NCBI GenBank assembly: GCA_043817315.1
Contig: JBDRGY010000006.1
Span: 18,077-82,076, forward strand
Direction of reading: 5' to 3'
Source of the DNA: Patescibacteria group bacterium
Lineage (GTDB): Bacteria; Patescibacteriota; Patescibacteriia; JBDRGY01
DNA: 64,000 nt
Shown here: positions 53,963 through 63,861 of the stretch, piece after piece
Layout: the number at the start of each line of letters is the position of its first letter
How positions within the stretch are numbered: the first letter of the stretch is position 1
Notes under the pieces: model-generated
Told to the model about the DNA's origin: nothing
Seen by the model: only the letters and a program-made list of their open reading frames with translations
Databases searched by the model: none
Translations under genes and position numbers: made by a program

Positions 53963-55415
53963 TTTTGACTTTCTGATAGAGTTTAAGATATTCTTCCGAG
54001 GACTTTCGCCAGGAAAAATCAGTTTCCATTCCCCTAATCATTATCTTAGCCCATTTCTCCCGTTCTTTAAAGAGACTGACTGCTTCTTTGGCTTTTTGAA
54101 GTAGTCCCTGACTATTATACTCCTCAAAAACAAACCCCTTGCCTAACTTCGGATCTTCTACCGCATCAGCAACCGTATCCTTAAGCCCTCCGGTGGCTCG
54201 TACAATAGGCAAAGTACCATAGCGCATGGCAATTAACTGACCCAAACCGCAAGGTTCGAACCTTGACGGCATCAGGAATATATCAGAGCCGGCATAAATC
54301 TTTTGAGCCAGTCCGGCATCAAAACCAATAGTGACAAAGACGTCTTTTTTGAACTTTTTTTGGGCAGCCACCAGGATTCTTTCTAAATCAGGGGCTCCTT
54401 GACCCAAGACAACAAATTGACCGCCCAGCTTGACTATCGGTTCGATTATCTCTCCGATTAGCTCAATCCCTTTCTGATCGGTCAGGCGGGACACCAGGCC
54501 AAAAAGGGGCGACTCAGTGTTTTGTTTGAAACCAACCTCCTTTTGCAGGTCCAGTTTATTGAGCATTTTATCTTCAACATTTTTAGCGGAATAGTTGGCT
54601 TTAATTTCCGGGTCAGTGGCGGGATTAAACCGGTCCATATCAATACCGTTGAGAATACCGAAAAGATGGTCTTTTTGTTTCCGCAAATCCTTTTCTAATT
54701 GTTCGCCAAACTCTGGTGTTAAAATTTCCTGGGCGTAAGTAGGGCTAACTGTGTTTAACAAATCGGCATTGAGAATTCCTTGCTGGATGAGATTAATCTC
54801 CTTTTTGATCACTGGCTTAAGGTCGGGTAGGCCCAAAAATGATTTTATTTCTTCAGCGTCCCATTTACCTTGGTTGGCTAAATTGTGAATGGTAAAAACA
54901 GAATTGATCTTTTGATAACGGTCATCGACCAATTGCTTCTCTTCCAACAATTTGGGAATAATCCCAGTGTGCCAGTCCTGGCAGTGCAAGATATCAGGCC
55001 ACCAGTTTAATTTTTCAAAAATGGCTAGCGTGGCTGCCGAAAAGAACAAAAAGCGCTTGATTTCAGCAAAGCTGCCAACGAAAGCTGATTTCTCAAAGTA
55101 GATGCCGTTCTCTCCTAAAAATTCCTTATTTTCAATCAGATAAATAGGCGCTTTGATGTTGGGTATTTTTGCTTCCCAGAGATTAATAATCTTTTTTTCT
55201 TCACCTAGAGTAACCTCGATATTGTCTATAATCTTTTTGGCCGGATATTTCTTAGAATCTATTGATCCGTACTTGGGAATGGTTACTCGAATGTCCTGTC
55301 CCAGGTTTTTCAGAGCAATAGGCAAAGCCCCGGCCACATCACCAAGACCTCCTACTTTGGCAATAGGGGTTAGCTCTGAAGAAGCGAATAAGATTTTGTA
55401 TTTTGGTTTCGCCAT
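53955..55415 (-). CDS. glgA: glycogen/starch synthase (GT5), copy 1
   Basis: N-terminal KILFASSELTPIAKVGGLGDVAGALP (K-X-G-G-L) and C-terminal GT-B motifs. Confidence 0.85.
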   Translation of the reverse strand: MAKPKYKILFASSELTPIAKVGGLGDVAGALPIALKNLGQDIRVTIPKYGSIDSKKYPAKKIIDNIEVTLGEEKKIINLWEAKIPNIKAPIYLIENKEFLGENGIYFEKSAFVGSFAEIKRFLFFSAATLAIFEKLNWWPDILHCQDWHTGIIPKLLEEKQLVDDRYQKINSVFTIHNLANQGKWDAEEIKSFLGLPDLKPVIKKEINLIQQGILNADLLNTVSPTYAQEILTPEFGEQLEKDLRKQKDHLFGILNGIDMDRFNPATDPEIKANYSAKNVEDKMLNKLDLQKEVGFKQNTESPLFGLVSRLTDQKGIELIGEIIEPIVKLGGQFVVLGQGAPDLERILVAAQKKFKKDVFVTIGFDAGLAQKIYAGSDIFLMPSRFEPCGLGQLIAMRYGTLPIVRATGGLKDTVADAVEDPKLGKGFVFEEYNSQGLLQKAKEAVSLFKEREKWAKIMIRGMETDFSWRKSSEEYLKLYQKVKNG

Positions 55416-55417
55416 AT

Positions 55418-56302
55418 TTATTTTCTCACCTTTCTTATTAATTTTGCCAATCCTTGTTGGTATATCTTATCAGGAATTTGGAAATAATCCCATTGTCGCC
55501 TAGCTACCAGGCGGCCGTCTTTTACGTCGCCATGATAGTCGGTGCCGCCAGTAATTATAAGTTTTAAATCACTAGCCAGTCTTTGGTAATGTAAGACTTG
55601 ATGCCAGTTGTGGTATGGGGTAAAGGCCTCGACCCCCTGGATGCCCAGTTTTTTAAGTTGAGCAATTAATCCATCTTCGGCCCAAGACAATTGTTGGCCG
55701 GGATGAGCCAGAACTACTACAGCCCCCGCCTTTTTTAGGGTAATAATCACTTTACTGGCTGGCCAATCGATTGGCTCCACATAACCTTTTTTGCCTGGTG
55801 AGAAATATTTATTGAGAACTTCAAATAAATCGGCCCTGGGCCTGATTTCCCTAGTAAGTTTTTGGCGATTTTTGGGATGTTGTTGTAAATTACCGATTAT
55901 CTCTGCCCAACCGACATAGACTGACTTGGTTTTATTTAATTTCTGATAGTCGATAAAAAAACCCATTTTTTCGGCATTAGTCAGAATTTTGGCTACTCTT
56001 TGCTGGTGTTTCTTCTGAACAGTTTCCAGTAATTTAGCCAGAGCTTTACTGCTGGGGTCGAAATTATAGCCCAAAATATGCAAGCGTCTTTTTTTGTAAA
56101 TTGAATAGATTTCAATTCCACTTAAACAGGTCATTTCTAATCGCCTGGCAGCTTTTTGGGCTTCGGTAATCCCAGCTACGCCATTGTGGTCAGTTAGAGC
56201 GACTACTCGGCAACCAGCTTGGTTTGCTTTGTTAATAACCACCCGGGGAGCTAATTGCCCATCAGAACAGTAAGAGTGAAAGTGTAAATCTATTTTTGAC
56301 AT
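55418..56302 (-). CDS. PHP-domain metal-dependent phosphoesterase
   Basis: IDLHFHSYCSDGQ…ALTDHNGVAG is a PHP-family signature. Confidence 0.7.
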   Translation of the reverse strand: MSKIDLHFHSYCSDGQLAPRVVINKANQAGCRVVALTDHNGVAGITEAQKAARRLEMTCLSGIEIYSIYKKRRLHILGYNFDPSSKALAKLLETVQKKHQQRVAKILTNAEKMGFFIDYQKLNKTKSVYVGWAEIIGNLQQHPKNRQKLTREIRPRADLFEVLNKYFSPGKKGYVEPIDWPASKVIITLKKAGAVVVLAHPGQQLSWAEDGLIAQLKKLGIQGVEAFTPYHNWHQVLHYQRLASDLKLIITGGTDYHGDVKDGRLVARRQWDYFQIPDKIYQQGLAKLIRKVRK

Positions 56303-56309
56303 CTTAAAA

Positions 56310-57389
56310 TTAGAAAAATTTATTAGGCTTTTTTATGGCTGTTTGTAGATCTTTCAGATGAGCCGGCAGAGCCTTTAGGGCTTTGGTCCGAATCGATTTG
56401 ATTTTGTTTGGGGGATAGCCGCTTTTTTTCATCTGCATAGCATAGTCATTAGTTTTGGCTAGTCTGGCGTGACGAACAAATCTAAGTGATAGAGAAAAGA
56501 CACAGATTCTAAAAAGTTTTTGGAAACGATCTTGATTTTTCTGTTGACGATAGATGGTTCTGAGAAATTTATCTCGCCAGCCAGAACGACGCCAGGACAA
56601 CATATAAATAAAACAGGGGTCAAAAGCTACATTATTCAGATTGAGCAGTTCCCAATCGAATAAAACCAGCTTCCCTTGAGGGTTGACCATTACATTGTTG
56701 GGATAGAAATCACCGTGGGACAAGGTATTGGAATTTTTTTCAATAAACTGCTTTTGACTTTTATAGAAATGATCGATGAAGGGAACTTCTTCCTTGAGAA
56801 ATCTCTGTAAATGAGGTTTCTGGATATAATACTGAAAATCGGTATTATACCAATTGAAGCCATGCTTGGGTACTTTAATAACTTTGGTTACCTTTTTGGT
56901 TAGCACTTGGAAGGCAATAACCGCTTTGGCCAAACGATCAGGAGATATTTTTTTGAGGAATTCATCGGTGTACCCAATATCCAGATCCATTATTCCGGCA
57001 AATTTACCCTCTTGGTATTCTCTTAAAAACCAGATAAAACCATAATCTTTTTCTATCCCAGATTTTTTGTATTCTGGAATTATAAAGTGAGAGCGAACCT
57101 GATGGGTAATGGGCCTGATTTTTTTATGGAAATTAATCTCGTTGAGAGCAGCCCGATAGACTTCGTGAGTATCCTGTAACCTGGCTTTAAAAAAATAAGT
57201 ATCCCCCTTTTTGTCATGGACTGCCGGCATGAAAAAGCGCTTTTCGTTTTTGACGAAATGATCAATAGTCACCTTGGGGTCAACCGGCACGATGTCCAAC
57301 TTTTTCATGGTTGCTTTTATTTTTTGCCTGGCCCGGGGCAGTAAGCCATAGCGGTAAGTAAAGACACTATCTTTTTTTCTTTTTGGCAT
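56310..57389 (-). CDS. phosphotransferase-family kinase (APH-like, possible maltokinase)
   Basis: Catalytic loop LSHGDFYPNNVMVN…LFDWE as in APH/choline-kinase/maltokinase enzymes. Context among alpha-glucan genes. Confidence 0.55.
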   Translation of the reverse strand: MPKRKKDSVFTYRYGLLPRARQKIKATMKKLDIVPVDPKVTIDHFVKNEKRFFMPAVHDKKGDTYFFKARLQDTHEVYRAALNEINFHKKIRPITHQVRSHFIIPEYKKSGIEKDYGFIWFLREYQEGKFAGIMDLDIGYTDEFLKKISPDRLAKAVIAFQVLTKKVTKVIKVPKHGFNWYNTDFQYYIQKPHLQRFLKEEVPFIDHFYKSQKQFIEKNSNTLSHGDFYPNNVMVNPQGKLVLFDWELLNLNNVAFDPCFIYMLSWRRSGWRDKFLRTIYRQQKNQDRFQKLFRICVFSLSLRFVRHARLAKTNDYAMQMKKSGYPPNKIKSIRTKALKALPAHLKDLQTAIKKPNKFF

Positions 57390-58857
57390 TTTTGGCTAAA
57401 GGTATAAAGTATTTTTTAGCGAACTTAGAAAACTTTTTTTGCTTAAGAAAGGGTTTGACTGAAGGAATCTTTCGTACTGTCCACAACTCATTAACCACAT
57501 GCAAAACATCAAAAACATCAGCGCCTGACTTCAACTTGATAACTGCGTCACGCCACTTGATAGCCTGCTCGTATTCTTGATTACTGGCAGCTTTTTTCAT
57601 TTCGGCTTCGAATTCCAGAACCATTTGATTGAACCATTCGGCATGAGTTCTTTTTTTAAACGGCTGCCCCTGCCAATCTTCTTGAGCCTTATGAAAGCGA
57701 CGGATGACGCCGTTTCTTTGCCAGTCAAAAGCGACATTAAGGATCTCCCGGTAAAACTTATCAGCTCGCTCTTTGGTTTTTTTAGATAGACCGGGTATGT
57801 CAAATATTACATTTCTCATCTCAAAAGCCCCCTGTTCTACAATCTCCAGGGACCACCAATATTTTGAAGCCCACCAGTAGTAACAGCTGGCCAGGGCATT
57901 ATCCAGCCTAGTTCTGGTTTTTTGATATTCTTGCCTGCCCTTTAATTTATATACTTCCTTAATGACAAAGTTGGTGAAGCCCCACTGTACTTTATGTAGC
58001 GTATTCTGAGGGTCCCACCACAGCTTATAGGGAAGGTTTTTCCTTAGATCTTTTTCAAAAGTAGACCAGGTAGAGTCAATGGGTCTAATTGATCCAGCGC
58101 TAGGGAATTTTTTGATAATGTCTGAAATAAATACTTTTTTGAATTCGGGTCGAGCGAATATGTCATAAAGCAACTCTTCCAGGCCGGGGCGGTGATGTCC
58201 AAAAGTCTCTCCATCCATAGCAGTCAGCAGGTAGCGATCCTGCTTTAATTGCTGCTTCATTTCTTTTTCCAGTGACCGTCCGGAACGGACAATAGCCTCC
58301 ACAATTAAATTAGAGGTTCGTCGCTCTTTAAATATTAGGGAAAAGTTATCCAAGCCTTTTATGGTATAGATCTGGGAAAAATCTGCTGCTCCCTCTTTTC
58401 CATTAAAGGCTAATTCATCAGCCAGCATCCATTTATAGCCCAGCTCCTTGGCTACCTTGGCCACTTTATTGCTATAGGCCATTTCTGGAGAGAAAAAACC
58501 TTCTGGTCGATAAGCGCGGCCCAAAAAATGACTATTTGTTTTATTATTCAGTAGAATCTGCCGCTTAATCTCCGATTCCGGTAACAAGGGAAGAAAGGCG
58601 TGGTTTTGGGCGCTAGCCACGAACTCTATTCTTCTGAGGTTGGCTAATTTCTTCAAATCTCTGACTACATCTTTATACTTATTGTTTTGAGCCAGCTTAG
58701 CGGTCAACACTCCGTTGATGTTCAGGGTAATCCGAGCCTGCTTGTACTTAAAAAGTCCCCTGATAATCGGTCGGTAACTTTCGAAGACGACCCTTTCAAA
58801 AATATCGGGTAATTGGGAGGGTGGTTGGTAAATATGGAGGAAATTAGCCCAATGCAT
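57367..58857 (-). CDS. glycoside hydrolase family 57-like alpha-glucan enzyme, copy 1
   Basis: N-terminal FLHIYQPPSQ…ESYRPII…ITLNINGVLTAKL resembles the GH57 N-terminal (beta/alpha)7 region. Paralogous to 58863-60095. Confidence 0.6.
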   Translation of the reverse strand: MHWANFLHIYQPPSQLPDIFERVVFESYRPIIRGLFKYKQARITLNINGVLTAKLAQNNKYKDVVRDLKKLANLRRIEFVASAQNHAFLPLLPESEIKRQILLNNKTNSHFLGRAYRPEGFFSPEMAYSNKVAKVAKELGYKWMLADELAFNGKEGAADFSQIYTIKGLDNFSLIFKERRTSNLIVEAIVRSGRSLEKEMKQQLKQDRYLLTAMDGETFGHHRPGLEELLYDIFARPEFKKVFISDIIKKFPSAGSIRPIDSTWSTFEKDLRKNLPYKLWWDPQNTLHKVQWGFTNFVIKEVYKLKGRQEYQKTRTRLDNALASCYYWWASKYWWSLEIVEQGAFEMRNVIFDIPGLSKKTKERADKFYREILNVAFDWQRNGVIRRFHKAQEDWQGQPFKKRTHAEWFNQMVLEFEAEMKKAASNQEYEQAIKWRDAVIKLKSGADVFDVLHVVNELWTVRKIPSVKPFLKQKKFSKFAKKYFIPLAKNAKKKKR

Positions 58858-58862
58858 AGAAG

Positions 58863-60095
58863 TTATTTTACTACGTTTCCGCTAAAAAGACGAGATACTT
58901 TTTCTCGATGTAAATAGTTTTTACGGATTTGATTGATTAATCCGGATTCGGTAACAAATTTAATAATCTTTTTCATTTCCGCTACTAGTTTTTCGGCCTC
59001 TTCCTTTTTCTGAGCGGGAACGTATTTAAGAACATCGAGCACCCGTGCCAGATTATTAGCTCCTTTCAAAACGATTTTGGGCTCCCACCAAGGGCTGGCT
59101 GAGGCCCACCAATACTGATCGCTCATCAGGCGCTTATCCAGAAGTAGGCGGGCCTTGGGATAACCGGGGTCTTTCCCAGATTGTTTCACAGTCTTGAGGA
59201 CCAAATATGTTAATTTCCACTGTAGTAGGTGTATGCGGTTATCGGGATTTTGCCACAGGGGGTAAGGAATATTATCTCCGAAATTGTCTTCCCAGGAAGC
59301 CCAGGAAGAAGCCAGGGGATCTACTATAGCTTCTTTGTGGTAGTGCTCTAGAATTTCTGAAACCGTTAAGGTCTTGAATTTGCCGGAGTCAACAATCTCG
59401 GCAAAGACTTTATCCATACCGGGGTTGTGATGTCCCAGATTTTCTCCGTCAAAAGCGGTAATAAGATGACGAGTAGCATTGCCGTCTTTCCTGAGGCATT
59501 TAAAGAAATCGGTTCGGTTCTTAATTTCCTTGGTGTGAAAAAGATCGCTGATTATCCGGTTACGAAAGATAACTCGCAAATGGGTTCCCTTAATCTTGTA
59601 ACGCTGGTCGAAAGATATCTCACCCAATTTACCGTGATGGGCGATCTCGTCAAGAATGATCCAACGGTACCCCAGTTTTTCCAGCAATATCGCTAATTTA
59701 CGGTGATAGCACATTTCCGGAATGAAAAATCCTCTAGGTCGATAGATAGCCCCAAAATATTTATAATTGGTTTTATGGTTCAGCTCAATCTGTCTCTTAA
59801 TCTCGTCATTGGGCAGTAGGGCCAACATAACGTGGTACTGGGCGCTGTCGGTGAATTCTATCTGCCCTTTTTGGGCTAACTCGGTTATTGATTTAATCAC
59901 ATCAGTGTAGCGGTGACTAACCAATTGCTCAGTTAAAGAGCCGTTAATATTTAGGGTAATTTTTAGCCAGGGCCGGTTTTTAAGAATCCGAAAAATAGGC
60001 CGGTAACTTTCCTTGACTACTCGGTCTATGATTTCCTTGGACCAATCAGGCGGTTGATAGATATGAAAAAAGATTGACCAGATTCTTTGAGTCAT
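58863..60095 (-). CDS. glycoside hydrolase family 57-like alpha-glucan enzyme, copy 2
   Basis: FFHIYQPPDWS…ESYRPIF…ITLNINGSLTEQL is collinear with copy 1. Confidence 0.6.
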   Translation of the reverse strand: MTQRIWSIFFHIYQPPDWSKEIIDRVVKESYRPIFRILKNRPWLKITLNINGSLTEQLVSHRYTDVIKSITELAQKGQIEFTDSAQYHVMLALLPNDEIKRQIELNHKTNYKYFGAIYRPRGFFIPEMCYHRKLAILLEKLGYRWIILDEIAHHGKLGEISFDQRYKIKGTHLRVIFRNRIISDLFHTKEIKNRTDFFKCLRKDGNATRHLITAFDGENLGHHNPGMDKVFAEIVDSGKFKTLTVSEILEHYHKEAIVDPLASSWASWEDNFGDNIPYPLWQNPDNRIHLLQWKLTYLVLKTVKQSGKDPGYPKARLLLDKRLMSDQYWWASASPWWEPKIVLKGANNLARVLDVLKYVPAQKKEEAEKLVAEMKKIIKFVTESGLINQIRKNYLHREKVSRLFSGNVVK

Positions 60096-60097
60096 GC

Positions 60098-61573
60098 TTA
60101 TTTTTCTTTCTGCTTAATTTTAACTGCTCGTTGAAACAATTTAATATACTTATTGGCCGGAATTTCCCACCCAAAACTTTGCTGCATGGCATTGCTTACC
60201 AGTCGTAGCCATTTTTCTTGATGACGGTAGTTTTCCAAAGCTCGGGTGATAGCTACCAGCATATCTCTGGAATCGTAGCTCTTAAAGACAAACCCATTGC
60301 CGCTCTCTGTCTGGGGATTATAATTTTTGATAGTATCGGCCAAACCTCCAGTGGCACGAACAATGGGAATGGAGCCATAGCGGGAGGAAATTAGCTGGCC
60401 CAAGCCGCAGGGCTCAAAGCGCGAAGGCATTAGGAATAAATCAGAACCAGCGTATATTTGAGTGGCTATCTTAGTGCTGAATTCTAAATGAGCGGCGATC
60501 TTGGCAGGATACTCCTGGCGTACCTTTTTAATAAAACGCTCGTACTTTTTTTCACCGCCCCCCACCAGAATTAACTGGAAGTCGAGACGCATCAAAGGCT
60601 CCACGATGTCCATTATTAGATCAAAGCCTTTCTGCTCGGAGATACGAGTAGCCATGCCGATTACCGGGATATCGCGCATCACCGGCAGTTTAAAAACCTT
60701 TTGTAAATAAGCTTTATTTTCTTTTTTACCATCGAGGTGATTGGCATCGTAGTTTACCCTGAGTCCGGGGTCCTTGGCGGGGTTATAAACATCATAGTCA
60801 ATCCCGTTAACAATCCCAAACAGCTTGTCGGAACGTCCCTGAAGATGCCGGTGCAGATCTTGGCCGAAGTGCCTAGTCATAATCTCTTGAGCATATTGCT
60901 CAGAGACGGTATTGATAATATCGGCGTTGATAATTGCCCTTTTGGCGAAATTTATTCTTTCAACCTTTTCTTTTTCGGCGAAACGAGGTAAACGAGTGTG
61001 CCCTTTATCTTTCAGTTTATTGGGGATAGACCACCAGTTATGGGCAAACTGGAAAGCCAGATTGTGAATAGTGAAGACGGTAGCTGTATTATCAAAAAAA
61101 GTCTCTTGGGGAAAACGTTTATTTATGAAATGGGGAATCAGCCCGGTTTGCCAATCGTTACACTGGATGAGATCCGGTTTAAATTTTATCTGTCGCAGCA
61201 GCTCCAAGGTGGCCAGATTAAAAAAGAAAAAGCGTCGGTTATCAAAACGGGAACCGTATATCCTTTTTTGTCCGGAGAAGTAACGTTTGCTGTCTATAAA
61301 ATAGATGGGCAGGCCCTCCATCAGCCAGCCTTGCCAGACAGCAAAATGCCGGGTGGTTGTTTCGTCGATATTAAGAGTGATATCACTGATGATCAGATTC
61401 AACTTGTGCTTTTTAGTGTCGATACTACGGTATAAAGGGGTGATTACAATAATCTGATGCCCCAACCGCTTAATGGCCTTGGGTAACGACCTAGCCACAT
61501 CGCCCAAGCCTCCTGCCTTAGAGAAGGGGTCAACTTCAGAAGCAACAAAAGCGATTTTTAGAGAATGTCTCAT
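60098..61573 (-). CDS. glgA: glycogen/starch synthase (GT5), copy 2
   Basis: KIAFVASEVDPFSKAGGLGDVARSLP and GT-B C-terminal motifs. Paralogous to 53955-55415. Confidence 0.85.
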   Translation of the reverse strand: MRHSLKIAFVASEVDPFSKAGGLGDVARSLPKAIKRLGHQIIVITPLYRSIDTKKHKLNLIISDITLNIDETTTRHFAVWQGWLMEGLPIYFIDSKRYFSGQKRIYGSRFDNRRFFFFNLATLELLRQIKFKPDLIQCNDWQTGLIPHFINKRFPQETFFDNTATVFTIHNLAFQFAHNWWSIPNKLKDKGHTRLPRFAEKEKVERINFAKRAIINADIINTVSEQYAQEIMTRHFGQDLHRHLQGRSDKLFGIVNGIDYDVYNPAKDPGLRVNYDANHLDGKKENKAYLQKVFKLPVMRDIPVIGMATRISEQKGFDLIMDIVEPLMRLDFQLILVGGGEKKYERFIKKVRQEYPAKIAAHLEFSTKIATQIYAGSDLFLMPSRFEPCGLGQLISSRYGSIPIVRATGGLADTIKNYNPQTESGNGFVFKSYDSRDMLVAITRALENYRHQEKWLRLVSNAMQQSFGWEIPANKYIKLFQRAVKIKQKEK

Positions 61574-62670
61574 TATAAATATCCTAAGTGTTTAGAGGCA
61601 ATAATAAAAAAACTGTGGGCCCATGAGAGAGGATAAATACCTTGCCTAAAATCATCAAATATTTGCTCGGGAATATAGCCATGATATTTATCCAAACGCT
61701 CAATGACCCAATTGTAGTATTGCAAAGCTTTCTTTTTATCTTGACGCAGCGACCAATAAATACTCATCCAGAAATTAAGCAGCGGCCAGCTACCCCCTCC
61801 TTCCCAGGCAGTGCCTTCTCCGTCGTAATAGTCATGCTGGAAGCGATGTACCCCGCCGTTTTTTACTAGTTTTTCTTCGATCATAGCCACTGTTTTTACT
61901 ATTCTTTCATCATCAACTTCATAAATTTTGAAAGGCCAAGCCAGACCCAGTAGAGAAGCATCAATGTTGGGATCAGAAATTTTTCCTTGGTTTCTAAAAA
62001 TGTAGCCTTCTTTGGGGTGATAAGCTTCGTCGATTTCTTTCAGCATCTGCATAGCTGTTTCTTTCCAGAAGTTATTGGGAAAAATCTCGTTGGCACACAA
62101 TAGTCCCCTGGCACAAGCTGCCAATGAGTAGGTAAAATTATTCTCAACTTGAGTGGAGGTCTTTCGGGTGCTTTCTTCCCAGATGTCGACAGTATTGGGG
62201 GTAAAGTAAGTTTTATTCCAAGCCTCAGCCAAGCCGTTAGCCAAAAGCTCGATCAAATCCTGTAGAGAATGAGCATTTTTTAGATCATCTTGGTAGTAAT
62301 AGTGGATAGCCCACAAAGTAGATCCCATTTGGTCTGGCTGAAAAGCATGTCCCATACTGCCAATGCGGCCGTTAGTGCTGTAGTTGGCGAACAACCGCTT
62401 TTCTTTCTTGAAATCTTCCGGCCGAGCATAAAGCCACTTAAAATAAGGTTCTTGAATTTCAAGATTAAGGTATTTGGCAGCGATACAAACAAAGGCGGCA
62501 TCTCTGGGCCAAACAGCCCGGTAATTGCCGGCTTCTCTCGGAGTGTATTCTTTATCGGTATTGGCAGCCACAATGGCTCCATTTTCCAAGGCACAGTCAG
62601 CAATAACCTCTTTAGAGCGGTTGATTAAGGCTTGAATTGGCTGGGTGGGTTTAGTCATAATTACTTCCAT
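61573..62670 (-). CDS. glycoside hydrolase family 15 (glucoamylase/glucodextranase-like)
   Basis: YRAVWPRDAAF motif and (alpha/alpha)6-like profile. Confidence 0.6.
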   Translation of the reverse strand: MEVIMTKPTQPIQALINRSKEVIADCALENGAIVAANTDKEYTPREAGNYRAVWPRDAAFVCIAAKYLNLEIQEPYFKWLYARPEDFKKEKRLFANYSTNGRIGSMGHAFQPDQMGSTLWAIHYYYQDDLKNAHSLQDLIELLANGLAEAWNKTYFTPNTVDIWEESTRKTSTQVENNFTYSLAACARGLLCANEIFPNNFWKETAMQMLKEIDEAYHPKEGYIFRNQGKISDPNIDASLLGLAWPFKIYEVDDERIVKTVAMIEEKLVKNGGVHRFQHDYYDGEGTAWEGGGSWPLLNFWMSIYWSLRQDKKKALQYYNWVIERLDKYHGYIPEQIFDDFRQGIYPLSWAHSFFIIASKHLGYL

Positions 62671-63173
62671 TTTTTAGTTTGGAAACAACAGATGGCAATG
62701 GCCAGGGCATCGGCCAGATCATCGGGGCGGGGAAGTTGTTTTAGTTTCAATCTGCTTTTAACCATCAGCTGTATTTGTTTTTTAGTCGCCTGGCCGTAGC
62801 CGGTTATGGCTTGTTTGACTTGGAGTGGAGTATATTCCTTCAACGCAACATTATTAGTGGAACAAGCCAGTAAAATTACACCCCGGGCCATACCCACACT
62901 CATAGCAGTTTTAACATTACGACTGAAAAACAGCTGTTCCACGGCTACCACCCTTGGCTTATGTTTCTTTATTAATTTGTTAAGTTCACGAAATATTATT
63001 TCCAATCTTTTCTCTATCGGTAGGCCGACGGCCGTTTTAATGATACCAGCTTTTCCTAAAAGTATTTTGTTGCCAGATATATTGATTAGTCCATAGCCGG
63101 TGGTGGCCAGACCGGGATCAATGCCTAATATTTTTTCCTGAGGGCTAGTCTTTGGCATTAGAGTAGAAAGCAC
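62661..63173 (-). CDS. ruvC: crossover junction endodeoxyribonuclease RuvC
   Basis: ILGIDPGLATTGYGLI N-terminus and catalytic acidic residues in RuvC arrangement. Confidence 0.85.
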   Translation of the reverse strand: MLSTLMPKTSPQEKILGIDPGLATTGYGLINISGNKILLGKAGIIKTAVGLPIEKRLEIIFRELNKLIKKHKPRVVAVEQLFFSRNVKTAMSVGMARGVILLACSTNNVALKEYTPLQVKQAITGYGQATKKQIQLMVKSRLKLKQLPRPDDLADALAIAICCFQTKKWK

Positions 63174-63861
63174 TTACTTCGTCGCTGGCGTCTAAAGCTT
63201 CTTGCAATCTGGAAAAAGCGTTTTTGTCCTTTTCTGATAAGTCGACCCTGGCATCAGGAACCATTTCAATTTCAAAGTAATCGACAGCAATATCATTCTG
63301 TTCTAATTTATTTCTGATCCGTTCCAGGTCCTCAGGTTTAGTAAAAACTGCTAAGCCCTCGTCCTCTTCAACAATATCCTCTGCTCCGGCATCAATAGCC
63401 GTCAGCTCAACTTCTTCTTTGTTATTAACCGAGGAGAGACCGATTACTCCTTTTCTGACAAACATCCAATTGACGGAACCGCTGGCTCCTAATTTTCCTC
63501 CGTATTTTGTCAGGATGCTGCGGATAGAAGAACTGGCCCGATTGCGGTTGCTGCTTAGAGAATCGATGATTAAAGCAACTCCTCCCGGCCCGTAGCCTTC
63601 GAAAATCATTTGCTTCAATTCTTCACCGGCCAGCTCGCCGGTCCCCCGTTTAATGGCCCGATCTATGTTGTCATTGGGCATGTTGGCCGACTTGGCCCTG
63701 TCAACTGCCAAACGTAAAGTAAAATTGGATTCAAGATTGCCCCCGCCTTCTTTAGCGGCAATGGTAATCGCCTTGCCCAATTTGGTAAAAAGGTTGCCTC
63801 GTTTTTGATCAGCTGCCCCTTTTTGTCTCTTAATTTTTGACCACTTGTTATGACCTGACAT
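63145..63861 (-). CDS. yebC: YebC/PmpR-family transcriptional regulator
   Basis: MSGHNKWSKIKRQKGAADQKRGNLFTKL… canonical YebC N-terminus. Confidence 0.9.
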   Translation of the reverse strand: MSGHNKWSKIKRQKGAADQKRGNLFTKLGKAITIAAKEGGGNLESNFTLRLAVDRAKSANMPNDNIDRAIKRGTGELAGEELKQMIFEGYGPGGVALIIDSLSSNRNRASSSIRSILTKYGGKLGASGSVNWMFVRKGVIGLSSVNNKEEVELTAIDAGAEDIVEEDEGLAVFTKPEDLERIRNKLEQNDIAVDYFEIEMVPDARVDLSEKDKNAFSRLQEALDASDEVSAFYSNAKD

